From assembly GCA_041553795.1 (NCBI GenBank), contig JBFEIF010000001.1, positions 1-53,077 on the forward strand: a DNA stretch of 53,077 nt, written 5' to 3'. Positions 1-8,888 of the stretch are shown piece after piece. The notes below the pieces were generated by a model. That model did not search any database. It saw only the letters and a program-made list of their open reading frames with translations, and was not told the origin of the DNA. Source of the stretch: Sulfurimonadaceae bacterium. GTDB taxonomy: Bacteria; Campylobacterota; Campylobacteria; Campylobacterales; Sulfurimonadaceae. Every line of letters starts with the position of its first letter. Positions within the stretch are counted from its first letter, which is position 1. Both the position numbers and the translations under genes were made by a program.

Positions 1-1
1 A

Positions 2-886
2 CATTTGTTTGAATATGCCAAAGGGATAGGAAGTGCTATCGCCAAAGAACTCTTTGTATCCTTGAACAAACTAGGGCATGGATCTTTGTTTGAAGGACTG
101 TTCCATCCGGATAAAGGGATGCGTAATCCCTTTGAAAAGCGGCAGCAAAACCATCAGCTCGGTCTTTTTGATGACTTCATCGAACTGGGTTCTGTCGCTA
201 AGTTTATGTCTTTGGGATTTGAAGAGAACTTTTTAGCCAATCCGGTACTGAAACATCCAAAGTTTACGAAAGAAAGTGCCGAGTTCCTTTATGAATTCTA
301 TACGCTTAGCAAGGCATTGAAACGTATCACGCAACCGGCTTCTATGATAGAGAAGATAAGAGCATCCAAGTTTTACAATACGATCATCGATCAGCTCGCC
401 TCCAGACGGGCTCAGCTTAAAGACGGTTCTATTGATGAAAAACTGAAAAATGAATCACTTGAGAGGATACGAAGAAAAGGGTCATTATTATACGATCTTG
501 CCAAGCCTTATCAGGAACATGAACGTTACATCAATGCTATGGTCTTGGGTTCACAGGATCTTACTAAAGGGGAAGGGGTCAACCTTCTGAGTGTCCATGC
601 CAGCAAAGGCCTTGAGTATAAAGAAGTCTATGTCATCGATCTGATGGATGGGCGTTTTCCAAACAGAAAGCTTATGAACAAAGGCGGGGGTGGTATCGAT
701 GAAGAGCGCCGTCTTTTTTATGTGGCTGTGACCAGAGCCAAAGATATCTTATATCTAAGTCTTGCAAAGAACGATAAGATAAAAAAGATAGATTTTTTGC
801 CATCTCAGTTTTTGTATGAGGCAGGCCTGCTGAAGAAAGATGAGAATTATACGATGATGGTAGAAAAAGAAGCGGAAAAAGAATAG
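2..886 (+). CDS. UvrD/Rep/PcrA-family ATP-dependent DNA helicase, C-terminal part (gene runs off the left window edge)
   Basis: Frame is open from the window start. C-terminal SF1 helicase motifs VHASKGLEYKEVYV and RRLFYVAVTRAKDILYLS are present. Confidence 0.8.
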   Translation, partial: HLFEYAKGIGSAIAKELFVSLNKLGHGSLFEGLFHPDKGMRNPFEKRQQNHQLGLFDDFIELGSVAKFMSLGFEENFLANPVLKHPKFTKESAEFLYEFYTLSKALKRITQPASMIEKIRASKFYNTIIDQLASRRAQLKDGSIDEKLKNESLERIRRKGSLLYDLAKPYQEHERYINAMVLGSQDLTKGEGVNLLSVHASKGLEYKEVYVIDLMDGRFPNRKLMNKGGGGIDEERRLFYVAVTRAKDILYLSLAKNDKIKKIDFLPSQFLYEAGLLKKDENYTMMVEKEAEKE

Positions 887-900
887 CTTCTTTCCTACTT

Positions 901-2142
901 CTAGTTTTGTACGGCTTTTCCCATATCCCACATAGGCAAGAAAATTCCCAATGCCAATAAAAGTACCATACCAGCAATAAAGAAAAGAATGATTGGCTCA
1001 ATCGCCTCAGAAAGACCGTCGATTATTGCATCAAACTTCATCTTGTAATATTCAGTGACCTTTTCCATCATCGCATCAAGTTGACCACTCGATTCACCGG
1101 CTGCAATCATCTGAATGATCATATTCTCAAATAGTTCAGTGTCTTTGAGACCTTGATTAAGTGAATTACCTTTTTCGACGGCACCTCTAACTGTTTGCAG
1201 TTTATCCTTCAAAGGGAGGTTGTCGATCATATCAATAGCTGCTTCAAGCGCATCGGCAATGGGAATACCAGCATGTACAAGAGCAGAAAATACCAGCATG
1301 AATCGGTTAAGTGTTCCGTAATGAATAAGCTTCTTTATCAATATCGTTCTTAGAAGCATTTGATGGAATTTATAACGGATGTGCGTGTAATGATTAATAG
1401 CAAACCTTGCTGAAATAAAGAAGATAACGATCGTACCTAAAAGATATCCGCCGTATTGATTAACAGCGACTTCTAAAGCAAGCAGTATTTGAGTAGGTAA
1501 TGGCAGTTCAGCACCTAGTTCTTCAAATATTGCTTTAAATTCAGGTACAACATAGGAGATAAGAATGGTAAAAGCAACGACCATCGCGATCATGACATTT
1601 CGTGGATATGCCATGGCTTTTTTAAACTTGATAAAGTTTCGGCGTATCTCTTCTAACATATTAGCCAAATCATACAGTGCTTCAGCCATGTTACCCGTCT
1701 TTTCACCCAACTGGATCATTGCCAGGGTAAGATTTCCAAACTCATACCTGAAGTTACCGACAGATTGGGACATACTAAGACCGGAGTTGATATCTTCAGC
1801 AACTTGGTGCAATACTTGTTCAAGTCGCTGGTCCTCAGTCGAGTCCGCGATCTCTTTGAGTGTATCATGTATAGAAATACCGGCATTGGTCATAACGGCC
1901 ATCTGACGGACTGCAGCAATAAGGCTGTCTTGTTTGATCTTTTTCTTTTTAAAGTTTTTGGTTATATTTTCTTTAAAGGCTTTAAACTGTTCGTCTAAAG
2001 GGGGTGTGCTCTCAACAACTTTAAGAATGACACCAGAAAACTTAACATTTGCAAGGTAATGTGCTTCTTTTTTTGTTTCTGCATGAATGCCATGCGCTTC
2101 ACGTTTACCTCTATTAATTACTGTAACTAAGAAATATTTCAT
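901..2142 (-). CDS. Type II secretion/type IV pilus platform protein, GspF/PilC family (MshG/CtsF position)
   Basis: 413 aa with duplicated GspF-type domains and three hydrophobic segments. It overlaps the upstream GspE-like ATPase gene by 4 nt. Confidence 0.9.
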   Translation of the reverse strand: MKYFLVTVINRGKREAHGIHAETKKEAHYLANVKFSGVILKVVESTPPLDEQFKAFKENITKNFKKKKIKQDSLIAAVRQMAVMTNAGISIHDTLKEIADSTEDQRLEQVLHQVAEDINSGLSMSQSVGNFRYEFGNLTLAMIQLGEKTGNMAEALYDLANMLEEIRRNFIKFKKAMAYPRNVMIAMVVAFTILISYVVPEFKAIFEELGAELPLPTQILLALEVAVNQYGGYLLGTIVIFFISARFAINHYTHIRYKFHQMLLRTILIKKLIHYGTLNRFMLVFSALVHAGIPIADALEAAIDMIDNLPLKDKLQTVRGAVEKGNSLNQGLKDTELFENMIIQMIAAGESSGQLDAMMEKVTEYYKMKFDAIIDGLSEAIEPIILFFIAGMVLLLALGIFLPMWDMGKAVQN

Positions 2143-3893
2143 TGTTTTGCCACCCTTAAAATTTCATCAAATGTCGTAACACCTTCGGCTGCTTTTAAAA
2201 CACCGTTAGCAAACATATTTTGGAAACCTTCTTTAATAGCTTGTTCCATCATATCGTTCTTTGAAGACTCTTTTGCGATCATACTGGAGAGTTCTTCTGA
2301 AATAGGAAGGACCTCACAGATCATTTCACGGCCTTGATACCCTGTTCCTGAACATTCACGACATCCTTTTCCTATCTTAAATGTAGCATGTGGCGGTATA
2401 AACTCTTTATACTCTTCCAAAAGGTTTGCAGGAAGATTCGCATCTTCTGCACAGTGCTTACATATCTTACGAACTAGACGCTGTGCCTGTATTGCAACAA
2501 CTGCACCACTGATAAGATAAGGCTGAATACCCATATCGACCATTCTTGGAATGGCACTGATAGCATCATTGGTGTGTAAAGTAGAAATAACAAGGTGACC
2601 TGTCAATGCCGCTTTAATAGCGATTTCCAAAGTCTCATGGTCACGTATTTCCCCGATCATGATCTTGTCAGGGTCTTGACGAAGAATAGAACGAAGAGCA
2701 TCAGCAAAAGACAAACCTACCTTCGGATTGACCTGTACCTGTTGGATAAGGTTCATCCTATATTCAACAGGGTCTTCGACCGTAATTACTTTTTCAGTTA
2801 CACTACGCAGCTCATTGAGTGCACCGTAGAGTGTCGTTGTCTTTCCAGAACCGGTAGGCCCTGTAACCAAAATAACACCATAAGGACTTTGCAAGGCAGT
2901 ATGGAGTTTTTGATAGCTTGCCTGATCCATACCCGCCTCTTCTAGTTTGACCAATGCCTTTGTCTTGTCTAGGACACGCATAACGATTGATTCACCGTAA
3001 AGAATTGGAAGAGTAGAGATACGAAAATCATATTCTCTCTCTCCCACATTAGCAGAAAAACGTCCATCTTGCGGCTTTCGCTTTTCAGCTATGTCCAAGT
3101 TTGCGAGCAGTTTAAGACGAGATGCCATAGGTGGATAGATGTCTTTGTCAAAGATGAATATTTCAGTGAGAGAACCATCTATACGACCGCGTACAACACA
3201 GTTTTTTTCGGTTGGCTCAATATGAATATCAGATGAACGAGAACGAATAGTCTGTTTCAGTACAACATCGATGAGTTGTAATATTGATGATGCTTCTTGC
3301 TGCTCTTCAGCACTTCCAATTGAGTTTAGCTCATTACGGATATTTGTTACAAGCTCTTTGACACTGTCTTTGATCTCCATCTTTGTCAAATAGGCTTCGA
3401 TCTGTTTACTTGTCGCTACAGCTATGGTCAAAGGTTTCCGTGGGTAAATCCTTTGCAGCATCTCCTGGGCATTGACATCCAAGGGGTCAGAAAAGACTAC
3501 AGTGATATGTAGATCGTTCTGTGAGATAGGGATTGCAACTGCACGTTTGAGTTGACTAAAAGGAGCTTTCTCAGCCAATCGGTAGTCAAGATCCACAGAG
3601 TCAAGGTCAATAAAGGGATAATTCATGACTTCAGCAAGATGCTGTAATACTTCATGCTCGGATAAAAATGAATATTGGTGTATTATGCCCAACTCATATC
3701 GGCCGAGACGTATTTGCTCGACAATAAAGCGTTTAACAAAATTAGCAGAGACGGCCCCCACACGTGTTAATGTCTCAAGCAGATCTTCTGGTTTAACACC
3801 TCTTGAGACTAAGCGCTCAATTTGTTGGTTAGAAATGTGGTTTTTCGCCAAAAGGTCCTGTGTGATTCGATCCAAGTGAAGTTCTCCTACCAA
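2139..3893 (-). CDS. Type II/IV secretion ATPase, GspE/PilB family (MshE/CtsE position)
   Basis: Walker A GPTGSGKTT, Walker B and Asp boxes, His box TGHLVISTLHTN, and C-terminal tetra-Cys CKHC...CRECSGTGYQGR. The N-terminal region has two tandem helical repeats of T2SSE_N/MshEN type. Confidence 0.9.
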   Translation of the reverse strand: MVGELHLDRITQDLLAKNHISNQQIERLVSRGVKPEDLLETLTRVGAVSANFVKRFIVEQIRLGRYELGIIHQYSFLSEHEVLQHLAEVMNYPFIDLDSVDLDYRLAEKAPFSQLKRAVAIPISQNDLHITVVFSDPLDVNAQEMLQRIYPRKPLTIAVATSKQIEAYLTKMEIKDSVKELVTNIRNELNSIGSAEEQQEASSILQLIDVVLKQTIRSRSSDIHIEPTEKNCVVRGRIDGSLTEIFIFDKDIYPPMASRLKLLANLDIAEKRKPQDGRFSANVGEREYDFRISTLPILYGESIVMRVLDKTKALVKLEEAGMDQASYQKLHTALQSPYGVILVTGPTGSGKTTTLYGALNELRSVTEKVITVEDPVEYRMNLIQQVQVNPKVGLSFADALRSILRQDPDKIMIGEIRDHETLEIAIKAALTGHLVISTLHTNDAISAIPRMVDMGIQPYLISGAVVAIQAQRLVRKICKHCAEDANLPANLLEEYKEFIPPHATFKIGKGCRECSGTGYQGREMICEVLPISEELSSMIAKESSKNDMMEQAIKEGFQNMFANGVLKAAEGVTTFDEILRVAKQ

Positions 3894-4432
3894 TATACAT
3901 GCCTATGTGTCATTATTGTATCATAAAATTCTTCTATAACCATCTTTTTAGTTTTATTACTGTTTTGTATGTATAGCTTGTAAGTAATCTTATCATTATT
4001 CTCATCAACTAATGTGTAATGGCTGCGTTTACGACTAGTATCGCTTTTTGCGTAAAGCTCATATACACTCGAAAGCACATGGCTTGTCTTTGGAAGCTTA
4101 AGTTCTTGAAGTCTATATCCATCAATCAGGGAATGATACAGAAGCTTTTTTTGCATCAAAATCACTGAAAAATAGGCTGCATTGCTACGAGACTCTTCCG
4201 AATCTTTAAGGATAATGATCGGAACAGCAAGGCGATCGACTTGATCAGCATTAAGACAAGAAAAAGCATATAAAGACACAAACTCCTCATCCTGTCTGTA
4301 CTTATTAAAGACTTTAAGTCCTTCTTGGCAGGCTTCCTCATACTGTTTATCTTGGTAGAGATGATATAAAGAGACTTTGATGTCAGCATGGGTAAGAGCA
4401 AGGAAAAAGAAAAATAGAAGGAGACTTTTCAT
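3887..4432 (-). CDS. Hypothetical secreted protein embedded in the pilus/competence operon
   Basis: 181 aa with N-terminal signal peptide MKSLLLFFFFLALTHA. Start and stop overlap both neighbours (4 and 7 nt). I recognise no family. Confidence 0.6.
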   Translation of the reverse strand: MKSLLLFFFFLALTHADIKVSLYHLYQDKQYEEACQEGLKVFNKYRQDEEFVSLYAFSCLNADQVDRLAVPIIILKDSEESRSNAAYFSVILMQKKLLYHSLIDGYRLQELKLPKTSHVLSSVYELYAKSDTSRKRSHYTLVDENNDKITYKLYIQNSNKTKKMVIEEFYDTIMTHRHVYW

Positions 4433-5229
4433 TTAAAATCTCCTGATTCGATTTTTCTTAGAAGTATCTCAGCTTGAGTTGATTTTGTTGTCTTCAGATA
4501 GGACTTAAGTGTAAGAATAGCAAGTTCTTTTTGTCCAAGTTTTACCAATGATTTAGAAAATATGATCCAACTTGCATCAATTGATTTATCAATCTCATTT
4601 GTCATAAGTGCATAATTATAAGAGTTTTGATATTGACCAATCTCATAATAGCGTTTAGCAATAAAGAGACTTAATGCAGGGTTTTTATTTTGCTTAAAAC
4701 GGCGTATAACATCTTTGATATCAGACTCATCTTCATTTTTTGTGATAGTAAGCATCTGCTTTTTTTCTTCAACTGGGGCTTCAATCTCAACACTTTTGAC
4801 ATTTTCAGTTTGCTGAACAACGGTATTAACATTATTAGTGATTTGCTTGGTTGGCACTTCTTGTACATTTTCGACTTCAACGTAAGGATTTAAACCTTCT
4901 TCAATATTGTCCATAAAATGTAAGGAAGGCTCCAGAACTAAGTTGTTTGACTGCTCTAAGGGGCGCTCAATAGTGTTTTGAAGTACATTGATTTTTGGAG
5001 CGGCTTTTTCATGTACATTAGTAATCGATGAGTTTTCAAATGTTGTAGGTTCAACCTTCTCTTTTATAAGAACAGTTGATTCTTTCATTTCTGCATCTTT
5101 GCGTGATGAAAGATAGACTGTGGAAATTGCTACGGCAACTACAACAGCAATAAAAATGAAAAAGTGAGGTAGATAACTTTTGATCTTATACTTGAGCCAT
5201 CGGCGCTCAAGATCATGGACATTAAGCAT
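4429..5229 (-). CDS. Single-pass membrane protein with a TPR-like C-terminus (MshN/CtsX position)
   Basis: 266 aa, one TM (FFIFIAVVVAVAISTVYL), helical-repeat-like C-terminus. Assignment rests on its position between the ExeA-like ATPase and GspE. Confidence 0.5.
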   Translation of the reverse strand: MLNVHDLERRWLKYKIKSYLPHFFIFIAVVVAVAISTVYLSSRKDAEMKESTVLIKEKVEPTTFENSSITNVHEKAAPKINVLQNTIERPLEQSNNLVLEPSLHFMDNIEEGLNPYVEVENVQEVPTKQITNNVNTVVQQTENVKSVEIEAPVEEKKQMLTITKNEDESDIKDVIRRFKQNKNPALSLFIAKRYYEIGQYQNSYNYALMTNEIDKSIDASWIIFSKSLVKLGQKELAILTLKSYLKTTKSTQAEILLRKIESGDFK

Positions 5230-6031
5230 TGATAAACCCTGTTCGTATGGCTGCCATCTCTATAAACTTTGTTGATATATTACTATAATTTATTTTAGTC
5301 GGTTGATTCTCTTCATACCAGTCATATAGACTAAATAGTGAGTCTAAGAGTTTATTCGTATCTCTATAATTACCGGATGTGATCTTATGAATACACTTGA
5401 CATTTTTATTATCAAACATGTTCGCAACATCAAAACAGTTGTTTTTCATCAGTTTCTTTTGTATATAGATCTTAAGTTCAGATGGTGATGCATTGTGAAG
5501 TTCAAGACTTTCCCAAATACGAGTCTGAAAATGCTCTTTTGCAATAATATCTTCTTTCTCAGTCTTATGAAGCGTAATGACAAATTTGATCTTTCTTGCA
5601 TCAGAGATCAAGCGTATCTTTTCCATCAAGGAAGTCGAATATAACTGTGCCTCATCTAGCAAGACTATGGGTGTGTTTTCAAATTCATAATGCTCGGAAA
5701 GTTCATTGAATTGTGTGAAGTTTAACTCTTCAAAAGGACGCACCCCATAAATGTCACGTGCCAGTGATTTTAAAAATTCAGTCTCATCAACCAAAGGAGT
5801 GTGATACATAATGACTTTTTGCTGATCCTTGATGTCTTCATACAGTTTATTGAGCATCATACTCTTTCCTGTACCTGGTTTACCATAGAGCAAAATCATC
5901 TTAAGGGGTTTTTTGACAGAGTCTTTTAAGGATTGATAGAGTGTTGAGACACGATCGAGTTGAACATACTCTTTCGCATCCACTACATCGAGGAAGACCT
6001 CTTTGGAAGTAAGGTAAAAACTACTTTTCAT
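5222..6031 (-). CDS. ExeA/MshM/CtsP-type AAA ATPase
   Basis: Walker A GKPGTGKS and Walker B VLLDEAQ. It lies directly downstream of the secretin gene, as in MSHA and Cts loci. Confidence 0.8.
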   Translation of the reverse strand: MKSSFYLTSKEVFLDVVDAKEYVQLDRVSTLYQSLKDSVKKPLKMILLYGKPGTGKSMMLNKLYEDIKDQQKVIMYHTPLVDETEFLKSLARDIYGVRPFEELNFTQFNELSEHYEFENTPIVLLDEAQLYSTSLMEKIRLISDARKIKFVITLHKTEKEDIIAKEHFQTRIWESLELHNASPSELKIYIQKKLMKNNCFDVANMFDNKNVKCIHKITSGNYRDTNKLLDSLFSLYDWYEENQPTKINYSNISTKFIEMAAIRTGFINA

Positions 6032-7729
6032 TTACTCAGTTTCAAATTCGGAAGTGACAGGTTTCTTTGATGCTTCACGTTCTCGATGCTCAGCTTCTAG
6101 TTCAGCATTCTTTGCATCCAGTTCTGCCAGATCGTCTTGATTTTCGGAGCGGATAAATGCTTGAGAATCGAGTTGCTCCTCATTTAGACCTGAATAGCCA
6201 AGTTCACTTAAAGAAACAGTCTGCTTGCCTTCTTTGATAATATGCGGTTCAATAACGATAACAAGTTCTTCAATACTGTTGATCTTCTCTTCATATTTAA
6301 ACAACCAGCCAAGAATAGGAATATCGCCTAACAATGGGATCTTATTCTCGTTGATACTGTCTTTTGAGGATATAAGTCCACCTAAAATGACACGTTCACC
6401 ATCTTGGACTGTTACAACAGCTGAAAGCTGACGACGGTTCAAGTCTGGTGGGACTTCCCGAGACGACCCATCTTCAGTCGGTTGAATAGCCTGAATCGTC
6501 TCGCTTAATGATGGATTGACTTTTAATGTAACACGTCCTTCATCATCGATCTCTGGAGTTATATCAAGAAGAATACCCGCAAATACAGACTGAACATTGT
6601 CCTGTTGAAGTGTATTGGCTACACCACCGCCTGAACCTTGCTGATTCTCTGTTGACTGGATCTTGTAAAAGTACTCACTGCCAACACTTATCAGAGCAGG
6701 CTGGTTGTTAAGTGTCATGATCTTAGGATTGGAAATGGCCTTTACATTACCCTGTGTTTTAAGAAACTTAACAACTTCATTTACAGTCCCTCCACCTACG
6801 GCACTGATCATATGGCCATCAAGACCACCACCAGCGAATCGACTCATCTCGGTAATTGTACTAGGTGATTCAAACTCAGTTACATTAAGCGTGTTTTTTA
6901 TATCTGCGCTAAGTGTAAAGTTTTGAAGCGCATAAAGCTGGGACCAGTCAACTCCTGTCTCGTGTTTGTTGTCTAGTTTTACACCCAGAAGTTTTACATC
7001 GATCAAGACTTGAGCTTTGGCTTTTCTCTGCAGTTCTGTAAGGTAGTCGTCAAGTCTTTTGATCTGTCTTGGTGTTGCTGATACTGTGACAAGTCCGGCT
7101 GTCTTATTGATAATTGGTGCATCTGCACTGTAGTTGTCTTCAGGACGGTTAAGAATGGATTGAAACTCAAGGTCTAGGTCTTGCCAAAAAGAGACTTCAT
7201 CTATAGTCTCAATAGAGATACCACTTTGTGAGTCATTTGAACCTGAACTTGCGCCGCCACTTGCTCCACCGCTACTAGCTGCCCCGCTACTCCCTTGTGC
7301 TTCTGAAGCAGAACCACTGCTTAAAGTGACACCTGTAGTGCCTGTACTTTTACGTGTTGTAATAATATAGTCAATATCAAAGGTCTTTGTTACCAAATAG
7401 GATATATGCAATATATTATTCTCTAAAGTGTAAAAAAGGTTGTTCTCTTTCAGAACAAGATCAAGAACTTCATCGACTGTCAAGTTTTTCAGGTTTGTTT
7501 TGTTTAGCTCTTTTGACAAAAGCTTCTCAGCTTCAGGGTCTGTGACAATGACAGTAAACGAACATTCATCACTGAGTTGATCGATAAACTCACCAACTTG
7601 AGTTCCCTTGATTGATGAAATCGTAAACAACTGATAAGTACAGTCAGCACTTAATGATGATGATAAAAGTGTCGCGGCTACAACGCTGCCGAGCAGAGTC
7701 TTTTTGAATGGTTTTAGTATCTGTTTCAT
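6032..7729 (-). CDS. Secretin (GspD/PilQ/MshL/CtsD family)
   Basis: Signal peptide. C-terminal secretin domain includes NPKIMTLNNQPALISVG, VFAGILLDITPEI and IPLLGDIPILGWLF. A Ser/Gly-rich linker is present. Confidence 0.9.
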   Translation of the reverse strand: MKQILKPFKKTLLGSVVAATLLSSSLSADCTYQLFTISSIKGTQVGEFIDQLSDECSFTVIVTDPEAEKLLSKELNKTNLKNLTVDEVLDLVLKENNLFYTLENNILHISYLVTKTFDIDYIITTRKSTGTTGVTLSSGSASEAQGSSGAASSGGASGGASSGSNDSQSGISIETIDEVSFWQDLDLEFQSILNRPEDNYSADAPIINKTAGLVTVSATPRQIKRLDDYLTELQRKAKAQVLIDVKLLGVKLDNKHETGVDWSQLYALQNFTLSADIKNTLNVTEFESPSTITEMSRFAGGGLDGHMISAVGGGTVNEVVKFLKTQGNVKAISNPKIMTLNNQPALISVGSEYFYKIQSTENQQGSGGGVANTLQQDNVQSVFAGILLDITPEIDDEGRVTLKVNPSLSETIQAIQPTEDGSSREVPPDLNRRQLSAVVTVQDGERVILGGLISSKDSINENKIPLLGDIPILGWLFKYEEKINSIEELVIVIEPHIIKEGKQTVSLSELGYSGLNEEQLDSQAFIRSENQDDLAELDAKNAELEAEHREREASKKPVTSEFETE

Positions 7730-7737
7730 GTTCTTCC

Positions 7738-8262
7738 CTATTTTGTTGAGATGTTGATGTTGTCATTTTTTTGTGTAATGAAGAGTTTTATTTTCTTGTT
7801 CTTTCTCTCTAATACAACATGATTGTTCTGAATCTGTGTCAGCTTATACCCTCTAATACTGTCATTTTCCTTGAGCCAACTGCCATTGATCAAAGCCGAA
7901 GTATTCAATACTATTTGCAGTGTCAAAGGCTCCTTGCTCATATCTTTTTTAGTTGGCAGAAGCTTGGTCGCCTCTGATGTTGAAGTGACCACTTTGTTAG
8001 ATGACAGTGTAGATGGATCGACTTTTTTCTTCACGATGATAAAAGGGCTTTTCATTGTTGCCAAAGAAGACGTGTTAAGACCCTTTCTTTGAGGCTTTAT
8101 CTCTTCTATTTTTTGATCAACCCAGCTTGTATTTGTAGTCTGACTTATAAGACTTTTTGTCTTTGCGGTAGCCTGATCCGGAAGAGCAGTCGCCTGGCTT
8201 TGGTTATTCTCTGCGACTAAAGCCTCTGTTAATAATGCTAATATAAGGAGTGTTGTTTTCAT
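7738..8262 (-). CDS. Secreted pilus-assembly accessory protein (MshK position)
   Basis: The likely start is MKTTLLILALL (signal peptide), which shares nt 8262 with the upstream gene's stop codon. Assignment is by position only. Confidence 0.45.
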   Translation of the reverse strand: MKTTLLILALLTEALVAENNQSQATALPDQATAKTKSLISQTTNTSWVDQKIEEIKPQRKGLNTSSLATMKSPFIIVKKKVDPSTLSSNKVVTSTSEATKLLPTKKDMSKEPLTLQIVLNTSALINGSWLKENDSIRGYKLTQIQNNHVVLERKNKKIKLFITQKNDNINISTK

Positions 8263-8888
8263 TAGTATGTGATCCCCCAAACAGAGATTTTTAAGTTGCT
8301 GTCTAACTTCTCACTAGAACTTAAGTTAAGATCATGAATATCAACTACAAGAAAACTTTGTTCTAATGAATTAACAAATTTCATTGTCTGTTGAAAATTT
8401 CCTCTAGCATTTACTTCAATATCAAGAACATGCCCAAAAGTATTTTTATCATTTGAAAAGTCATTTGATAAATACTTAAGTTGCAAACTATATTTCTTTG
8501 CATTTTCAGTAATGGAGTCAATAAACTCACCCCAGGCCTGATCATCATAATACAAGCTTGAGATCTGTTCAATCTTGTACTTGATATACTCAGATTGGTC
8601 CTTTGCTGTCACAAAGTCTTTTTTATACTGAACAGTTTGTGCTTTTAACTGTGATATCTTTGTCTCAGGATTCCATTTGAGGTAGTTATTATCGTCTGCA
8701 AGCTTCTTCTCAATTGCTTTAGTCTCCTCAAGAGTCTGATTAAAGCCTTGTTCTGCGCTGTCCCATAATAAAAGATAGGATGCTGCGATTAAAGCAACAG
8801 CTATCAAAAGGTAGGTCATATATATCTCTTGTTGCTTCTTTTCGGCAAAAGATTTATCTATGTCACCTAGAAAGTCTTCTAAAGTCAT
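8262..8888 (-). CDS. PilO/MshJ-like bitopic membrane assembly protein
   Basis: 208 aa with an N-terminal TM (YLLIAVALIAASYLLLW), then a coiled coil and a small globular domain. Operon position supports the call. Confidence 0.5.
   Translation of the reverse strand: MTLEDFLGDIDKSFAEKKQQEIYMTYLLIAVALIAASYLLLWDSAEQGFNQTLEETKAIEKKLADDNNYLKWNPETKISQLKAQTVQYKKDFVTAKDQSEYIKYKIEQISSLYYDDQAWGEFIDSITENAKKYSLQLKYLSNDFSNDKNTFGHVLDIEVNARGNFQQTMKFVNSLEQSFLVVDIHDLNLSSSEKLDSNLKISVWGITY

Noticed and set aside
672-1001. Antisense or shadow ORFs listed in the six-frame track inside long genes (for example 672-1001, 1565-1906, 2595-2945, 14277-14624, 16156-16464, 25169-25510, 32380-32811, 43991-44344, 47663-48112)
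   Set aside because: Each lies wholly or largely within a longer ORF on the opposite strand or another frame, and that longer ORF has clear family motifs. Their compositions are typical of shadow frames.
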